Assembly: GCA_030648005.1 (NCBI GenBank)
Contig: JAUSIP010000016.1
Location: 1,110-65,109 of the forward strand
Source of the DNA: a bacterium
GTDB taxonomy: Bacteria; Patescibacteriota; Minisyncoccia; Phycocordibacterales; UBA12445
DNA: 64,000 nucleotides
Reading direction: 5' to 3'
The notes beneath the pieces were generated by a model. The model saw only the letters and a program-made list of their open reading frames with translations, had not been told where the DNA came from and ran no database searches. This document shows positions 37,796 through 47,222 of this stretch, piece by piece. How positions within the stretch are numbered: the first letter of the stretch is position 1; the number at the start of each line of letters is the position of its first letter. The position numbers and the translations under genes are program-made.

Positions 37796-39742
37796 CTAGA
37801 GGATATTTTCCGGGTCAACTCTAACAATGAACCTACTTGGCAGAGATCTTAATATTTCCAGCAAATTAGAATATGGCGTCTCTGCAATATCTGGAGACAA
37901 CTCACCTTGAGCTTGTTGAGGGGGCCACCCTTCCGGATCCACCTTTAGTAGGATATTTACTCTGTCCTTATTTCCCACCCTTTCAATGAAGGCATTGAAT
38001 TTGCTTGGCTCATAATTTTGCAGAAATTTCTCCAGTTGATCCATCTCTGTATTTGTAATATTTTTAGGCCCTTCCGATGTGATCTTTATAAGAATTTTGA
38101 AGGGGGGATAGTTGAACCTTTTTCTTTCTTTAATCTCACCACGGAAGAATTCTAGCAAGTCTCCTGAGAGTACGTTCTCAAAGATCTTCTCGTCGGGCTT
38201 TCTGGTCTGTATCAGAAATCTTTTTAATGTCTTAAGTCGCAGCCGCGTCAGAAGATCAAAAATATTTTCATCCATTTTATAATCAGGAAGAGAAAAGAGG
38301 GTATCGATGGAGATGATCGCTACTGTCTCAATGTTCTGATTCAGATAACTTAGAACCATGTCAGTACCGATAAGTATAGCGCCGGGTGTTTGCAGAAACT
38401 CTGTGATAATCTCTCTAGCCTGTTTGTACTTTTTAACAGCATTGCCGTCTATTCTGAATATCCTTGCGTCCGGGAATTCTGCTCTTACTTCATCCTCAAC
38501 TCTTTCTGTGGCCACCCCCAAGACTTTTAGCTTCCAACTTCCGCAATTCGTGCATTTAACGTCTGTTGCAGACTTTCTACCACATCTGTTACAAAGGAAG
38601 ATATTCTCGCTAACTGTTCTATGAAGAACCATCGGTAGACTGCATTCGGTACAGAGGATTATCTCACCGCAGTCTGCGCACAGAGTCGATGTACCGAGAC
38701 CTTTTCTGGCGCATATAAGTAGAGCATGCTCTTTTTTTGCAATAGACTCCTTTATAGCCAGCTTAACTTTGGGGCTTAATATCGAATCGCCCGCCTTCCG
38801 CATATCTATAACCTCCTGATATATATTCATAGGAAACCGGTATTTTAGAGGTGATTCTTGTATGAAGTTACCAGCTTGCGCGTTATAGATATCTTCAATT
38901 CTAGGTATTGAATCTCCAAGCACTAGCCTTGCAGGTTTCGCTCTCGCTAGTTTTTCTGCGAATGTTCTGATGTCCATGAATGGTCGTGACATTGTTTTGT
39001 AGAAGTGGGAATTCTCTTTATCGATGATGATCGTCGCAATATCTTCGCGAGGTAATGACAGGAATACCGGAGTGGCCACGATCAATATCGGGTGCTGTTC
39101 TTCGAGGGCACCTCGCCACCGTTCATAGATCGTTTTTACTGTAAGACGGTTATGCATAATAACCGTATACTCTTCTATGCCTTTTTTCAGTATCTCGCCA
39201 CATTCTTCGGCATCATGAATCGTCGGCAAGATGAAGAAGACGGAGTGTTTCTTTGCGAACTCTTCGCGTATTAAACTTTTATAGTAAGAGTATCTTTCGT
39301 CATCAGGAAGACCCAGAACAGATATTTCAAATCTTCTATTCTTAACATTGGAGAGGATTTTCGGAGGGAACAAGTCCTTTGCTGTTTTATTTTTCTCCCA
39401 GGCATTTAGGATCGCCTTGGGGGTCAGAAAGCGGATTATCTGCCCTGGAGATGAGACGGCATATTCAGCTGTTTCTTTTGAGGCAGTTATAAAGTCGGGT
39501 AAATAGGCACCTTCCGCCACTATCTTTTTAATTTTTTTAAAACCGAATTCAGAAGTTTTTAATTCTGACTTCATCTCTTTTGCTCCGCTTATAGAAGTGG
39601 CGATTCCCAAGACCTCTTTATTGCGCAGAGGAATCACAACCAACGCGCCGTTAGTTATTTCTTTGGTAGTAAAGTAGGTCAGATCCTCATTTAGAATATT
39701 CTTGGCTATGGGGGCGACCGTGACGATCTTAAGATTCTCCAT
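37796..39742 (-). CDS. priA: Primosomal protein N' (PriA) homolog with degenerate ATPase motifs
   Basis: PriA-type Cys-rich zinc cluster (CADCGEI..CTEC...CNRCG...CTNCGS) and overall collinearity. The Walker A position (E. coli LLAGVTGSGKTEVY) reads YKSLIREEFAKKH here, and DEEH reads DKEN. Confidence 0.7.
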   Translation of the reverse strand: MENLKIVTVAPIAKNILNEDLTYFTTKEITNGALVVIPLRNKEVLGIATSISGAKEMKSELKTSEFGFKKIKKIVAEGAYLPDFITASKETAEYAVSSPGQIIRFLTPKAILNAWEKNKTAKDLFPPKILSNVKNRRFEISVLGLPDDERYSYYKSLIREEFAKKHSVFFILPTIHDAEECGEILKKGIEEYTVIMHNRLTVKTIYERWRGALEEQHPILIVATPVFLSLPREDIATIIIDKENSHFYKTMSRPFMDIRTFAEKLARAKPARLVLGDSIPRIEDIYNAQAGNFIQESPLKYRFPMNIYQEVIDMRKAGDSILSPKVKLAIKESIAKKEHALLICARKGLGTSTLCADCGEIILCTECSLPMVLHRTVSENIFLCNRCGRKSATDVKCTNCGSWKLKVLGVATERVEDEVRAEFPDARIFRIDGNAVKKYKQAREIITEFLQTPGAILIGTDMVLSYLNQNIETVAIISIDTLFSLPDYKMDENIFDLLTRLRLKTLKRFLIQTRKPDEKIFENVLSGDLLEFFRGEIKERKRFNYPPFKILIKITSEGPKNITNTEMDQLEKFLQNYEPSKFNAFIERVGNKDRVNILLKVDPEGWPPQQAQGELSPDIAETPYSNLLEILRSLPSRFIVRVDPENIL

Positions 39743-39903
39743 ATATTAAGTCTACCCTTTAGCTGTTCTCAGTGTAGTCTTGGCACGGTCTAGATTTAAT
39801 GGTACTCTTTGGCGACGTGTCCCGTTAGAATTCTTTGATTAAAGGATATCTAGTGGAAGAATATTGTGCTGTATGGCCGTAATTAAACGAAAAAAAGGGG
39901 AAA

Positions 39904-41055
39904 ATGAAGAATTCTAGTGGGATGAAAAAGGGGCCTAAGGTCTTCGTGGGTATGTCCGGCGGAGTAGATTCGTCTGTTTCTGCTGCCCTTTTAAAACAAG
40001 CCGAATATGATGTAACTGGTGTTTTTATTAAGACCTGGTCGCCCGACTGGCTCCCTTGCACCTGGCGTGAAGAGAGGCGTGATGCCATGCGAGTAGCAGC
40101 TAAACTTAAGATCCCACTGTTAACCCTGGACTTGGAGAAAGAGTATAAAGAAGGGGTCGCAGAATATATGATAGAAGGCTATAGACGAGGTGAGGTGCCC
40201 AATCCAGATGTGATGTGCAACAAGATTATTAAGTTCGGTGGGTTCTTTGATTTCGCGATGAGGCAAGGTGCCGATTACGTTGCCACTGGACATTACGCGC
40301 AGATACGACAGGAAGCAGACCCAGCACGCAAAAAGCCAGCCCTGCTTGCTCCCAACCATCAAGGGGCAGTCGCAATCAGGACTGCTTTTCTTCTCGCTGG
40401 GTCTCGTGACAGCGAGAAGGACCAAACCTATTTCCTCTGGATGCTCGGACAAAAACAACTTTCCCACACACTATTCCCAATAGGAGATTTTAAAAAGTCA
40501 GAAGTTAGAAGGCTGGCCAAGAAGTTTGATCTTCCGGTGGCAGACAAGAAAGACAGCCAAGGACTCTGCTTCATGGGCGACATAGATGTTAAGGATTTTC
40601 TGAAGCATTATATAAAGGAGAAGAAGGGAGATGTTTTAAGTGAGGAGGGCGAGGTGATAGGCGAGCATGAAGGTTCAACCTTCTATACTATTGGCGAGCG
40701 TCATGGATTCAAGATAAATAAAAAGACACCGGATGATACGCCATACTATGTAGTTAAGAAAGATACCGCCAAAAATATTTTAGTAGTTTCTAATAAAAAA
40801 AGTTCCGGCGAGATCATGAAGAAGGAGATCTTAATAAAAGACGTTAACTGGAATCAGGGACGAGCTCCGGACTTGTCTAAAAAGTTAGAAGCTAGGATAC
40901 GCTATCGTCAGGAGCTTCAAGTTTGTCGGTTAGAAGAACCGGAAAAAGGTGTCTATAAAGTCATCTTCGACGCCGACCAACCCGCACCTTCTTCCGGCCA
41001 ATCCGTCGTCTTCTACTCCAAAAATATTTGCCTCGGCGGGGGAGTAATACTATAA
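39904..41055 (+). CDS. mnmA: tRNA-specific 2-thiouridylase
   Basis: PP-loop VFVGMSGGVDSSVSA, catalytic Cys residues, MnmA C-terminal beta-barrel. Confidence 0.85.
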   Translation: MKNSSGMKKGPKVFVGMSGGVDSSVSAALLKQAEYDVTGVFIKTWSPDWLPCTWREERRDAMRVAAKLKIPLLTLDLEKEYKEGVAEYMIEGYRRGEVPNPDVMCNKIIKFGGFFDFAMRQGADYVATGHYAQIRQEADPARKKPALLAPNHQGAVAIRTAFLLAGSRDSEKDQTYFLWMLGQKQLSHTLFPIGDFKKSEVRRLAKKFDLPVADKKDSQGLCFMGDIDVKDFLKHYIKEKKGDVLSEEGEVIGEHEGSTFYTIGERHGFKINKKTPDDTPYYVVKKDTAKNILVVSNKKSSGEIMKKEILIKDVNWNQGRAPDLSKKLEARIRYRQELQVCRLEEPEKGVYKVIFDADQPAPSSGQSVVFYSKNICLGGGVIL

Positions 41056-42912
41056 TTGGAAAATATGAAAACAGCTGAAGTTCGAGAGAAATATTTAAAG
41101 TTTTTTGAGGAAAGGGGGCACAAGATTATGGCCTCGGCCTCTTTGGTGCCGCAAAATGACCCCACAACACTATTCACCGGCTCCGGTATGCAACCGATGA
41201 TTCCATATCTGCTTGGAGAGAAACACCCACTAGGAACTAGAATTACAGACTCGCAGAAGTCCTTCCGTAGCGGAGACATAGACGACATTGGCGATAACCG
41301 CCACACCACTTTCTTCGAGATGCTTGGTAACTGGTCACTGGGTGACTACTTCAAGAAAGAACAGGTGCCTTGGATGTTTGAATTTCTAACCAAAGAGATT
41401 GGTATTGATCCAAATAAGCTTTATGTGAGTGTCCTGATCGGCGATGAGAAAAATAATATACCAAAAGATACTGAGACAGCAGAGATCTGGAAAGGACTTT
41501 TTGCAGACAAAGGGATCGAAGCTAAGGAGGTGGAGATAGGCAGTGAGAAGAACGGCTATGACGTCGGCATGCAGGGCGGGCGGATATTCTACTACGACGT
41601 CGGCAAGAACTGGTGGTCAAGAGTTGGTGTACCAGACAAGATGCCTGCAGGTGAACCAGGTGGTCCCGATACAGAAATGTTTTATGAGTTTTCCGACATA
41701 CCTCATGATCCAAAATATGGCGAAAATTGTCATCCCAACTGCGACTGTGGGCGATTCATGGAGATAGGCAACAACGTCTTCATGGAGTACAAGAAGAATG
41801 ATGATGGCACTTTCTCTAAACTACCTCAGAGTAATGTTGATTTTGGTGGTGGGCTTGAACGTATTACAGCAGCAAGCCTAAATACTGCTGATGTCTTTCA
41901 GATCGATATCTTCAGGGGAATTATCGAGACGCTTGAAGGGCTTTCTGGGAAATCATATTCGGATACTAACTATACGGCAGCATTTAGGATTATCGCAGAT
42001 CATACTCGGTCGGCTATTTTCCTTATTGGTGATGGAGTTTACCCTTCCAATGCAGACCAGGGCTACTTCGTCCGACGTCTGCTTCGTCGTGCGATACGAT
42101 ACTGGGACAAGTTGGGTATTAAGAAAGAGGGTATAGCAGAGCTTGTAGACCCTATTTTGGACTACTATGAGGATGCTTATGTTGATACTTATAATAAGAA
42201 GGAGGAGATCAAGTCAGAGATTAAAAAAGAAGAACAAAAATTCAGAGAGACATTAGAAAGGGGGATGAAGGAGTTTGAAAAAGGCATAGATTCTTTTACT
42301 CTCTTTACTACTTACGGCTTTCCGGTTGAATTAACTGAGGAATTAGCTAAGGAGAAAGGTGTCATTATAGGTAGAAGCGAATTTGACCTCAAGATGAAAG
42401 GACATCAAAACCTCTCCAGGTCTGGCTCTGAGCAGAAGTTTAAGGGGGGTTTGGCAGATCATAGCCAAGAGACAGTGCGACTTCATACTGCACATCACTT
42501 ACTTCTTGCTGCACTTCAGAATGTTTTAGGTTCGAATGTTAAGCAGAGGGGTTCAAATATTACCTCAGAGAGATTGCGAATAGACTTCTCTTTTGAACGC
42601 AAGATGACAGATGAGGATAAGAAGAAGGTGGAAGATCTGGTCAACATCTGGATATCGGAAAAGATACCGATGATACGCCGAGATATGCCTAAGGCAGAGG
42701 CTGAAGCGCTTGGTGCCGAGCATGAGTTCGGAGCAACTTACGGCGACGTCGTGTCTGTTTACTTCGCAGAAAGATCAGACGGTACACGAGTATCAAAAGA
42801 ATTCTGTGGCGGACCGCATGTGCAAAATACCAGTGAACTTTCGCATTTTAAAATCTTAAAGGAAGAGGCTGTGGCATCGGGTATTAGGCGCGTCAAGGCC
42901 GTACTAGAATAA
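41056..42912 (+). CDS. alaS: Alanine--tRNA ligase, short form (catalytic + tRNA-recognition + editing; no C-Ala domain)
   Basis: FEMLGNWSLGDYFK, MPAGEPGGPDTEMFYEF, DFGGGLERI, editing HxxxH (TAHHLLLAAL); 618 aa. Confidence 0.85.
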   Translation: MENMKTAEVREKYLKFFEERGHKIMASASLVPQNDPTTLFTGSGMQPMIPYLLGEKHPLGTRITDSQKSFRSGDIDDIGDNRHTTFFEMLGNWSLGDYFKKEQVPWMFEFLTKEIGIDPNKLYVSVLIGDEKNNIPKDTETAEIWKGLFADKGIEAKEVEIGSEKNGYDVGMQGGRIFYYDVGKNWWSRVGVPDKMPAGEPGGPDTEMFYEFSDIPHDPKYGENCHPNCDCGRFMEIGNNVFMEYKKNDDGTFSKLPQSNVDFGGGLERITAASLNTADVFQIDIFRGIIETLEGLSGKSYSDTNYTAAFRIIADHTRSAIFLIGDGVYPSNADQGYFVRRLLRRAIRYWDKLGIKKEGIAELVDPILDYYEDAYVDTYNKKEEIKSEIKKEEQKFRETLERGMKEFEKGIDSFTLFTTYGFPVELTEELAKEKGVIIGRSEFDLKMKGHQNLSRSGSEQKFKGGLADHSQETVRLHTAHHLLLAALQNVLGSNVKQRGSNITSERLRIDFSFERKMTDEDKKKVEDLVNIWISEKIPMIRRDMPKAEAEALGAEHEFGATYGDVVSVYFAERSDGTRVSKEFCGGPHVQNTSELSHFKILKEEAVASGIRRVKAVLE

Positions 42913-42960
42913 ATTCTTTTCCACACACACTTATACTGAATTTGGGGTATAATTCTGTAC

Positions 42961-44007
42961 ATGAACGTGGCTATTATTGATATTGGTAGCGGGAGTGTTG
43001 GGCTTGCCGGAGTTCTTCTGGAGAAGGATAAGGTACCGATTCTAAAATTCTCAAAGAGAATCGAGCTCACACTTCAGGAGAAGCTGGATCCAGAAAGACT
43101 ACTTCAAGAAAGCTTCACTGCTATAGAGCGAGTTATTGCTGATATGCAAAAAGGTATGGCCCTAGCGCCGTCGTCAGTCTTCTGCTTCTTGTCTCCGCAT
43201 CTCATTGTATCTCAGGCGAGAAATATTATCCTTAACTTTGATAAATCCTCTACAGTAAATTCTCTTGTCATAAACGATGCCGTCAACAGGGAGCTTAAAA
43301 GATTTAGTGCAGGTAATAACAGTGGTGAAGTTGTCATTGAGCACAAGATCATGGGCGTTAAGTTGAATGGCTACGAAACAACCAACCTTAAAGATCGGAT
43401 TGCGAATAGATTAGAGATTTCGATCTTTTTTACACTGGCTCCGGCAGATATATTAAATAAGATCAAGAAGCAGATCTCAAGCTCTTTTCATAACGAACAG
43501 GTGGAATTCCACTCCTTTTCCATTGCCCATTTTGCCATTCTACGAGATATATTTAGGGCTGAACAAAACTTCGCCTTCATTGATATTGGATCTGAGATTA
43601 CTGATGTTTCTCTTGTCAGAGAGGGGGTCATTGAGAAAACTACGTCCTTTCCACTGGGCAAGAACACATTCATTAGATCTATAATGAACAAGATGCAAGT
43701 CAGTGCGCCTGTTGCGTTATCTATAATAAAGAAGGGGGGTGATCTAGTTTCTGTGAGCGAAGAATGGATTACAGCGATAAGGGGTGCGATTGATAGCAAT
43801 AATTTTGAGGGTAAAGTACGGGAGAAGATTTTTATATTAACCGACAAGGACTTTTCTGGAGCTACCTCCGCAATTCTCAATCAACAACTGGAGATCAAAG
43901 AACTAACTTCTACTGATCTAAATAAATTCTGTCAGAATTATAGTGGCGCCGTAGATGACCCATTCCTTATGGTGGCTTCAATATTTGTTAATAAATTGTT
44001 AAACTAA
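42961..44007 (+). CDS. Actin-like ATPase of the FtsA/PilM family
   Basis: AIIDIGSGSVGLA phosphate-1 and FIDIGSEITDVSL phosphate-2 motifs. Confidence 0.5.
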   Translation: MNVAIIDIGSGSVGLAGVLLEKDKVPILKFSKRIELTLQEKLDPERLLQESFTAIERVIADMQKGMALAPSSVFCFLSPHLIVSQARNIILNFDKSSTVNSLVINDAVNRELKRFSAGNNSGEVVIEHKIMGVKLNGYETTNLKDRIANRLEISIFFTLAPADILNKIKKQISSSFHNEQVEFHSFSIAHFAILRDIFRAEQNFAFIDIGSEITDVSLVREGVIEKTTSFPLGKNTFIRSIMNKMQVSAPVALSIIKKGGDLVSVSEEWITAIRGAIDSNNFEGKVREKIFILTDKDFSGATSAILNQQLEIKELTSTDLNKFCQNYSGAVDDPFLMVASIFVNKLLN

Positions 44008-44011
44008 GATT

Positions 44012-45271
44012 ATGAAAAGAAAAGTTGTTGAAGATCTAATATTTAAAAAGGCGCCCGTCTATCAAATGGACGAAGTCAATGACAACAGGGTGGTGAGTAA
44101 TGGGAACCGAGGCTCCGGAAGAAAGTTTTATGTGTATGCACTTATTGTTATAGCCGGCTCGGTCCTGGTACTTGGCTTGTTTGTACTTTTGTCCTCAACC
44201 TTCTCAAGGGTTTCTGTGATGGTTTTAACGACAAATCGAGAGATTATATTGGATGACCTTGTTCCACTCAACAAAGATGGCGCAGGGGGCGGGATAAAGT
44301 ACGAGATGATGAGTTTGAAGGAAATGGAGTCTGGATATGTTCCTACTAGCGGTAATAAACTCGTGTCTAAGTACGCTACTGGTATTGTGACTATTTACAA
44401 TTCATTTAGCCCCGCGTCCCAAATTTTGGTTGCCGGCACAAGGCTTGAGACCACAGATGGTAAGATCTACAAAATAGACAAAACAGTATCGATCCCAGGC
44501 ATGTCGTCAGTTGCTGTATCTGTTAAGGCCGGAGAAGCGGGCGTAAAATACAATATACCCCCGACGAACTTTACTATTCCAGGCCTTAAAGACAGCCCGA
44601 AGTTTTCGAAGATATATGCTAAATCTGTTAAAGATATTTCCGGAGGCTGGTCCGGGGAATTGAAGGTGGCTTCCTCGGCGGATATCACAAAGACGCGGCT
44701 GAATTTACAGGACAGTCTAAAAAAGAAACTGATCAAGAAGGCTCTAGCGGAAACCCCGAAAGGTTTCTTACTTTGGGAAGATGGGATGCTTATCAGTTTC
44801 AGCGACAACACAATAGACAACTCTTCTTTAATTGGGGCTGATGGAGATAAGATGAATCTCCAGGTGAATGGTGTACTCCGCGCAATAATGATATTAGAAG
44901 ATGATCTTAAAAATTTTATAGTAGCCAAAAAGAAAGCTGAGCTGGTCGGTGGGACTAAGTTTGTTATCGACAATCCAGGCAAACTTAGTTTTAAGATATT
45001 AAATAAGGATAAAATAAACACAGACGGAACAAGCAGCGTTCTTGCAAGGATAACGGGCAAACAATATATAATGTGGGATTTTGATGAAAGTTCTCTTAAG
45101 AATAAACTGAGTGGTGTAAAACGATCTAAATATCAGGATGTTTTCAAGGAGTTCCCGGCGATAGAAGAGGCTGCCGCAGTGTTCTACCCATCATGGGCTT
45201 TCTATTTTCCAATCGACACAAATAGGATAGAAATAGCCTTAGCACCTAAGGAGGGGGTTGACTTAAAATAG
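44012..45271 (+). CDS. Bitopic membrane protein (about 40-aa cytoplasmic N-tail, one TM, large extracytoplasmic domain); putative partner of the upstream actin-like ATPase
   Basis: RKFYVYALIVIAGSVLVLGLFVLL TM helix; tightly linked (4-nt gap) to the previous gene. Confidence 0.4.
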   Translation: MKRKVVEDLIFKKAPVYQMDEVNDNRVVSNGNRGSGRKFYVYALIVIAGSVLVLGLFVLLSSTFSRVSVMVLTTNREIILDDLVPLNKDGAGGGIKYEMMSLKEMESGYVPTSGNKLVSKYATGIVTIYNSFSPASQILVAGTRLETTDGKIYKIDKTVSIPGMSSVAVSVKAGEAGVKYNIPPTNFTIPGLKDSPKFSKIYAKSVKDISGGWSGELKVASSADITKTRLNLQDSLKKKLIKKALAETPKGFLLWEDGMLISFSDNTIDNSSLIGADGDKMNLQVNGVLRAIMILEDDLKNFIVAKKKAELVGGTKFVIDNPGKLSFKILNKDKINTDGTSSVLARITGKQYIMWDFDESSLKNKLSGVKRSKYQDVFKEFPAIEEAAAVFYPSWAFYFPIDTNRIEIALAPKEGVDLK

Positions 45272-45298
45272 GTTAATCTGCTATGATAGCCGAGCAAT

Positions 45299-45544
45299 TT
45301 GAATATGGAAAATAGTAAAGATATAGTCCACCTGGATCAAGAAGTAGACGGTACTGTTGTTGAAACATTACCCAATATGATGTTCCGGGTAGACCTTAGT
45401 CCGCCAGCTGGCGGAGGCAAAATCATTTTGGCCTATCTTGCGGGCAAAATGAGGATGAATCGAATCAAGGTTCTAATTGGCGATAAGGTAAGAGTCAAGC
45501 TTGATATCTATGGAGTTAAGGGCAGAGTAATTAGAAGATATTAA
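45299..45544 (+). CDS. infA: Translation initiation factor IF-1, with 4-aa insertion (SPPAGGGK) in the OB-fold
   Basis: GTVVETLPNMMFRVDL...GKMRMNRIKVLIGDKVRVKLDIYGVKGRVIRR aligned to E. coli IF-1; the insertion is encoded by the palindrome ccgccagctggcgg. Confidence 0.9.
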   Translation: MNMENSKDIVHLDQEVDGTVVETLPNMMFRVDLSPPAGGGKIILAYLAGKMRMNRIKVLIGDKVRVKLDIYGVKGRVIRRY

Positions 45545-45547
45545 TAC

Positions 45548-45661
45548 ATGAAAGTAAGATCATCATTAAAAAAGTTGTGTGCGAAGTGTAAGATGGTCCG
45601 TCGCAAGGGCTGTCTTTATGTCGTATGCGATCAGCCTAAACACAAGCAAAGGCAAGGATAA
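45548..45661 (+). CDS. rpmJ: 50S ribosomal protein L36 (not in ORF track, 37 aa)
   Basis: [37 protein letters not shown]. Confidence 0.9.
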   Translation: MKVRSSLKKLCAKCKMVRRKGCLYVVCDQPKHKQRQG

Positions 45662-45665
45662 ATAT

Positions 45666-46046
45666 ATGAGAATCTCAGGTATAACAATTCCGGATAATAA
45701 AAGACTAGAAATAGCACTAACTGCTGTTTATGGGATTGGCAGAAGTTTAGCTCAGAAGATGCTGGATGAGCAGTCTATTCCACACAGCACAAAGGCAACC
45801 GAGCTGACGCCAGACCAGGAGAATATCCTACGAAAGCGTGTTGAGTCAGAGAAGGTAGAAGGTGAGCTAAAGAGAATAATTGCCGGCAACATAAAGCGCC
45901 TAAAAGACATCAAGGCATACAGGGGCACAAGACACCAGAAGAGCCTTCCTTCCCGTGGACAAAGGACGAAGACGAACTCCCGAACACGAAGAGGTAACGT
46001 AAGAAAGACCATGGGTTCCGGAAGGAAGAAGGTTGAGAAGAAGTAA
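45666..46046 (+). CDS. rpsM: 30S ribosomal protein S13
   Basis: MRISGITIPDNKRLEIALTAVYGIGRS; the ORF track's upstream extension is spurious. Confidence 0.9.
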   Translation: MRISGITIPDNKRLEIALTAVYGIGRSLAQKMLDEQSIPHSTKATELTPDQENILRKRVESEKVEGELKRIIAGNIKRLKDIKAYRGTRHQKSLPSRGQRTKTNSRTRRGNVRKTMGSGRKKVEKK

Positions 46047-46055
46047 AAAAACAAA

Positions 46056-46499
46056 ATGGGAAAGACAAAAATTATAAATAAACCGGACGCAGAGCAGAAG
46101 TCCGAAAGCAAGGTGGGCGAAGTTAAGCCTGTGGTTAAGAATGCCAAGCAAAGACTTTCTTCTGGTACTCTATACGTTCAGGCAACCTACAATAACACTA
46201 AGTTACTCTTCACCGACAACGACGGTAACTCTATCGCAGCATCTTCATCTGGAGCTCTCGGTTTTAGTGGCGCTAAGAAGGGTACCCCTTTCGCAGCCGC
46301 CAAGGTGGGCGAGCTTATCGGCGACAAGGCGGCCGCTCTGGGTGTTAAGGATGCTAATGTCGTGGTTAAGGGTGTGGGGGCAGGTCGAGAGTCGGCCATT
46401 AGAGCCTTCTCTTCTAAGGGGATCAACATCTCAGCTATCCGAGATGAGACCCCAATTCCTCACAACGGTCCAAAGCCTAAAAAGCCGAGAAGAGTATAA
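46056..46499 (+). CDS. rpsK: 30S ribosomal protein S11
   Basis: LYVQATYNNTKLLFTDNDGNSIA...GFSGAKKGTPFAA. Confidence 0.9.
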   Translation: MGKTKIINKPDAEQKSESKVGEVKPVVKNAKQRLSSGTLYVQATYNNTKLLFTDNDGNSIAASSSGALGFSGAKKGTPFAAAKVGELIGDKAAALGVKDANVVVKGVGAGRESAIRAFSSKGINISAIRDETPIPHNGPKPKKPRRV

Positions 46500-46513
46500 A
46501 AAATAAATAAATC

Positions 46514-47131
46514 ATGTTAGTAAAACGAAAATATAAAATTTGCAAAAGACTGGGAGATGGAATCTTTAACAAGTGTCAGACACCAGGTTTTTCCCGTGCA
46601 ATGGCTCCAAAAAAGGGCGCGATAAAGAAGAGACCACCACGAGCAAGGTCAGAATACGGCAACCAGCTTATAGAAAAGCAAAAGGTGCGATATACATATC
46701 TAATAAGAGAGAAACAGTTTTCTAACTACGTAGAGAAGGCTCAGAGTACTAAGGGTGTTAAGGCTATAGACCATCTATACACATTACTTGAGAGGAGACT
46801 CGACAACGTAGTCTACCGAGCTGGATTCTCGCCTTCAAGAGCCGGGTCAAGACAGCTCGTTTCTCACGGACATATTACAGTCAACGGCACACGTGTCACT
46901 ATTCCTTCTTATCAGCTCAAGATTGGAGATGAAGTTAGAATCAGAGATGGCAGTAAAGATAAGACTGTTTTTAAGGGATTAACAGACAAGCTGAAGAACT
47001 ATAAGATGCCAAAATGGCTTAAGTTTGAAGCCGATAAGATGGAGATTGGAGTTCTTTCTGACCCTACTCCACTCGAGGCTGGCTCCACCTTGAATTTGAA
47101 TTCGGTGATGGAGTTTTATAGTAGAACGTAG
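46514..47131 (+). CDS. rpsD: 30S ribosomal protein S4
   Basis: RYKICKRLGDGIFNKCQ... S4 RNA-binding domain GHITVNGTRVTIPSYQLKIGDEV. Confidence 0.9.
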   Translation: MLVKRKYKICKRLGDGIFNKCQTPGFSRAMAPKKGAIKKRPPRARSEYGNQLIEKQKVRYTYLIREKQFSNYVEKAQSTKGVKAIDHLYTLLERRLDNVVYRAGFSPSRAGSRQLVSHGHITVNGTRVTIPSYQLKIGDEVRIRDGSKDKTVFKGLTDKLKNYKMPKWLKFEADKMEIGVLSDPTPLEAGSTLNLNSVMEFYSRT

Positions 47132-47222
47132 TATTTTGCGAGGTTTCCACCCGAGGACTTGCAAAAAGTCTGGGAATAGTTTATAATAATCAACTAAATA
47201 TTTAATATTTTTTTATAAAAAT

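Noticed and set aside
45579-45665. Upstream extension of rpsM ([29 protein letters not shown])
   Set aside because: It overlaps the clearly recognisable rpmJ (L36) gene in another frame. S13 homology starts at MRISGITIP (45666).
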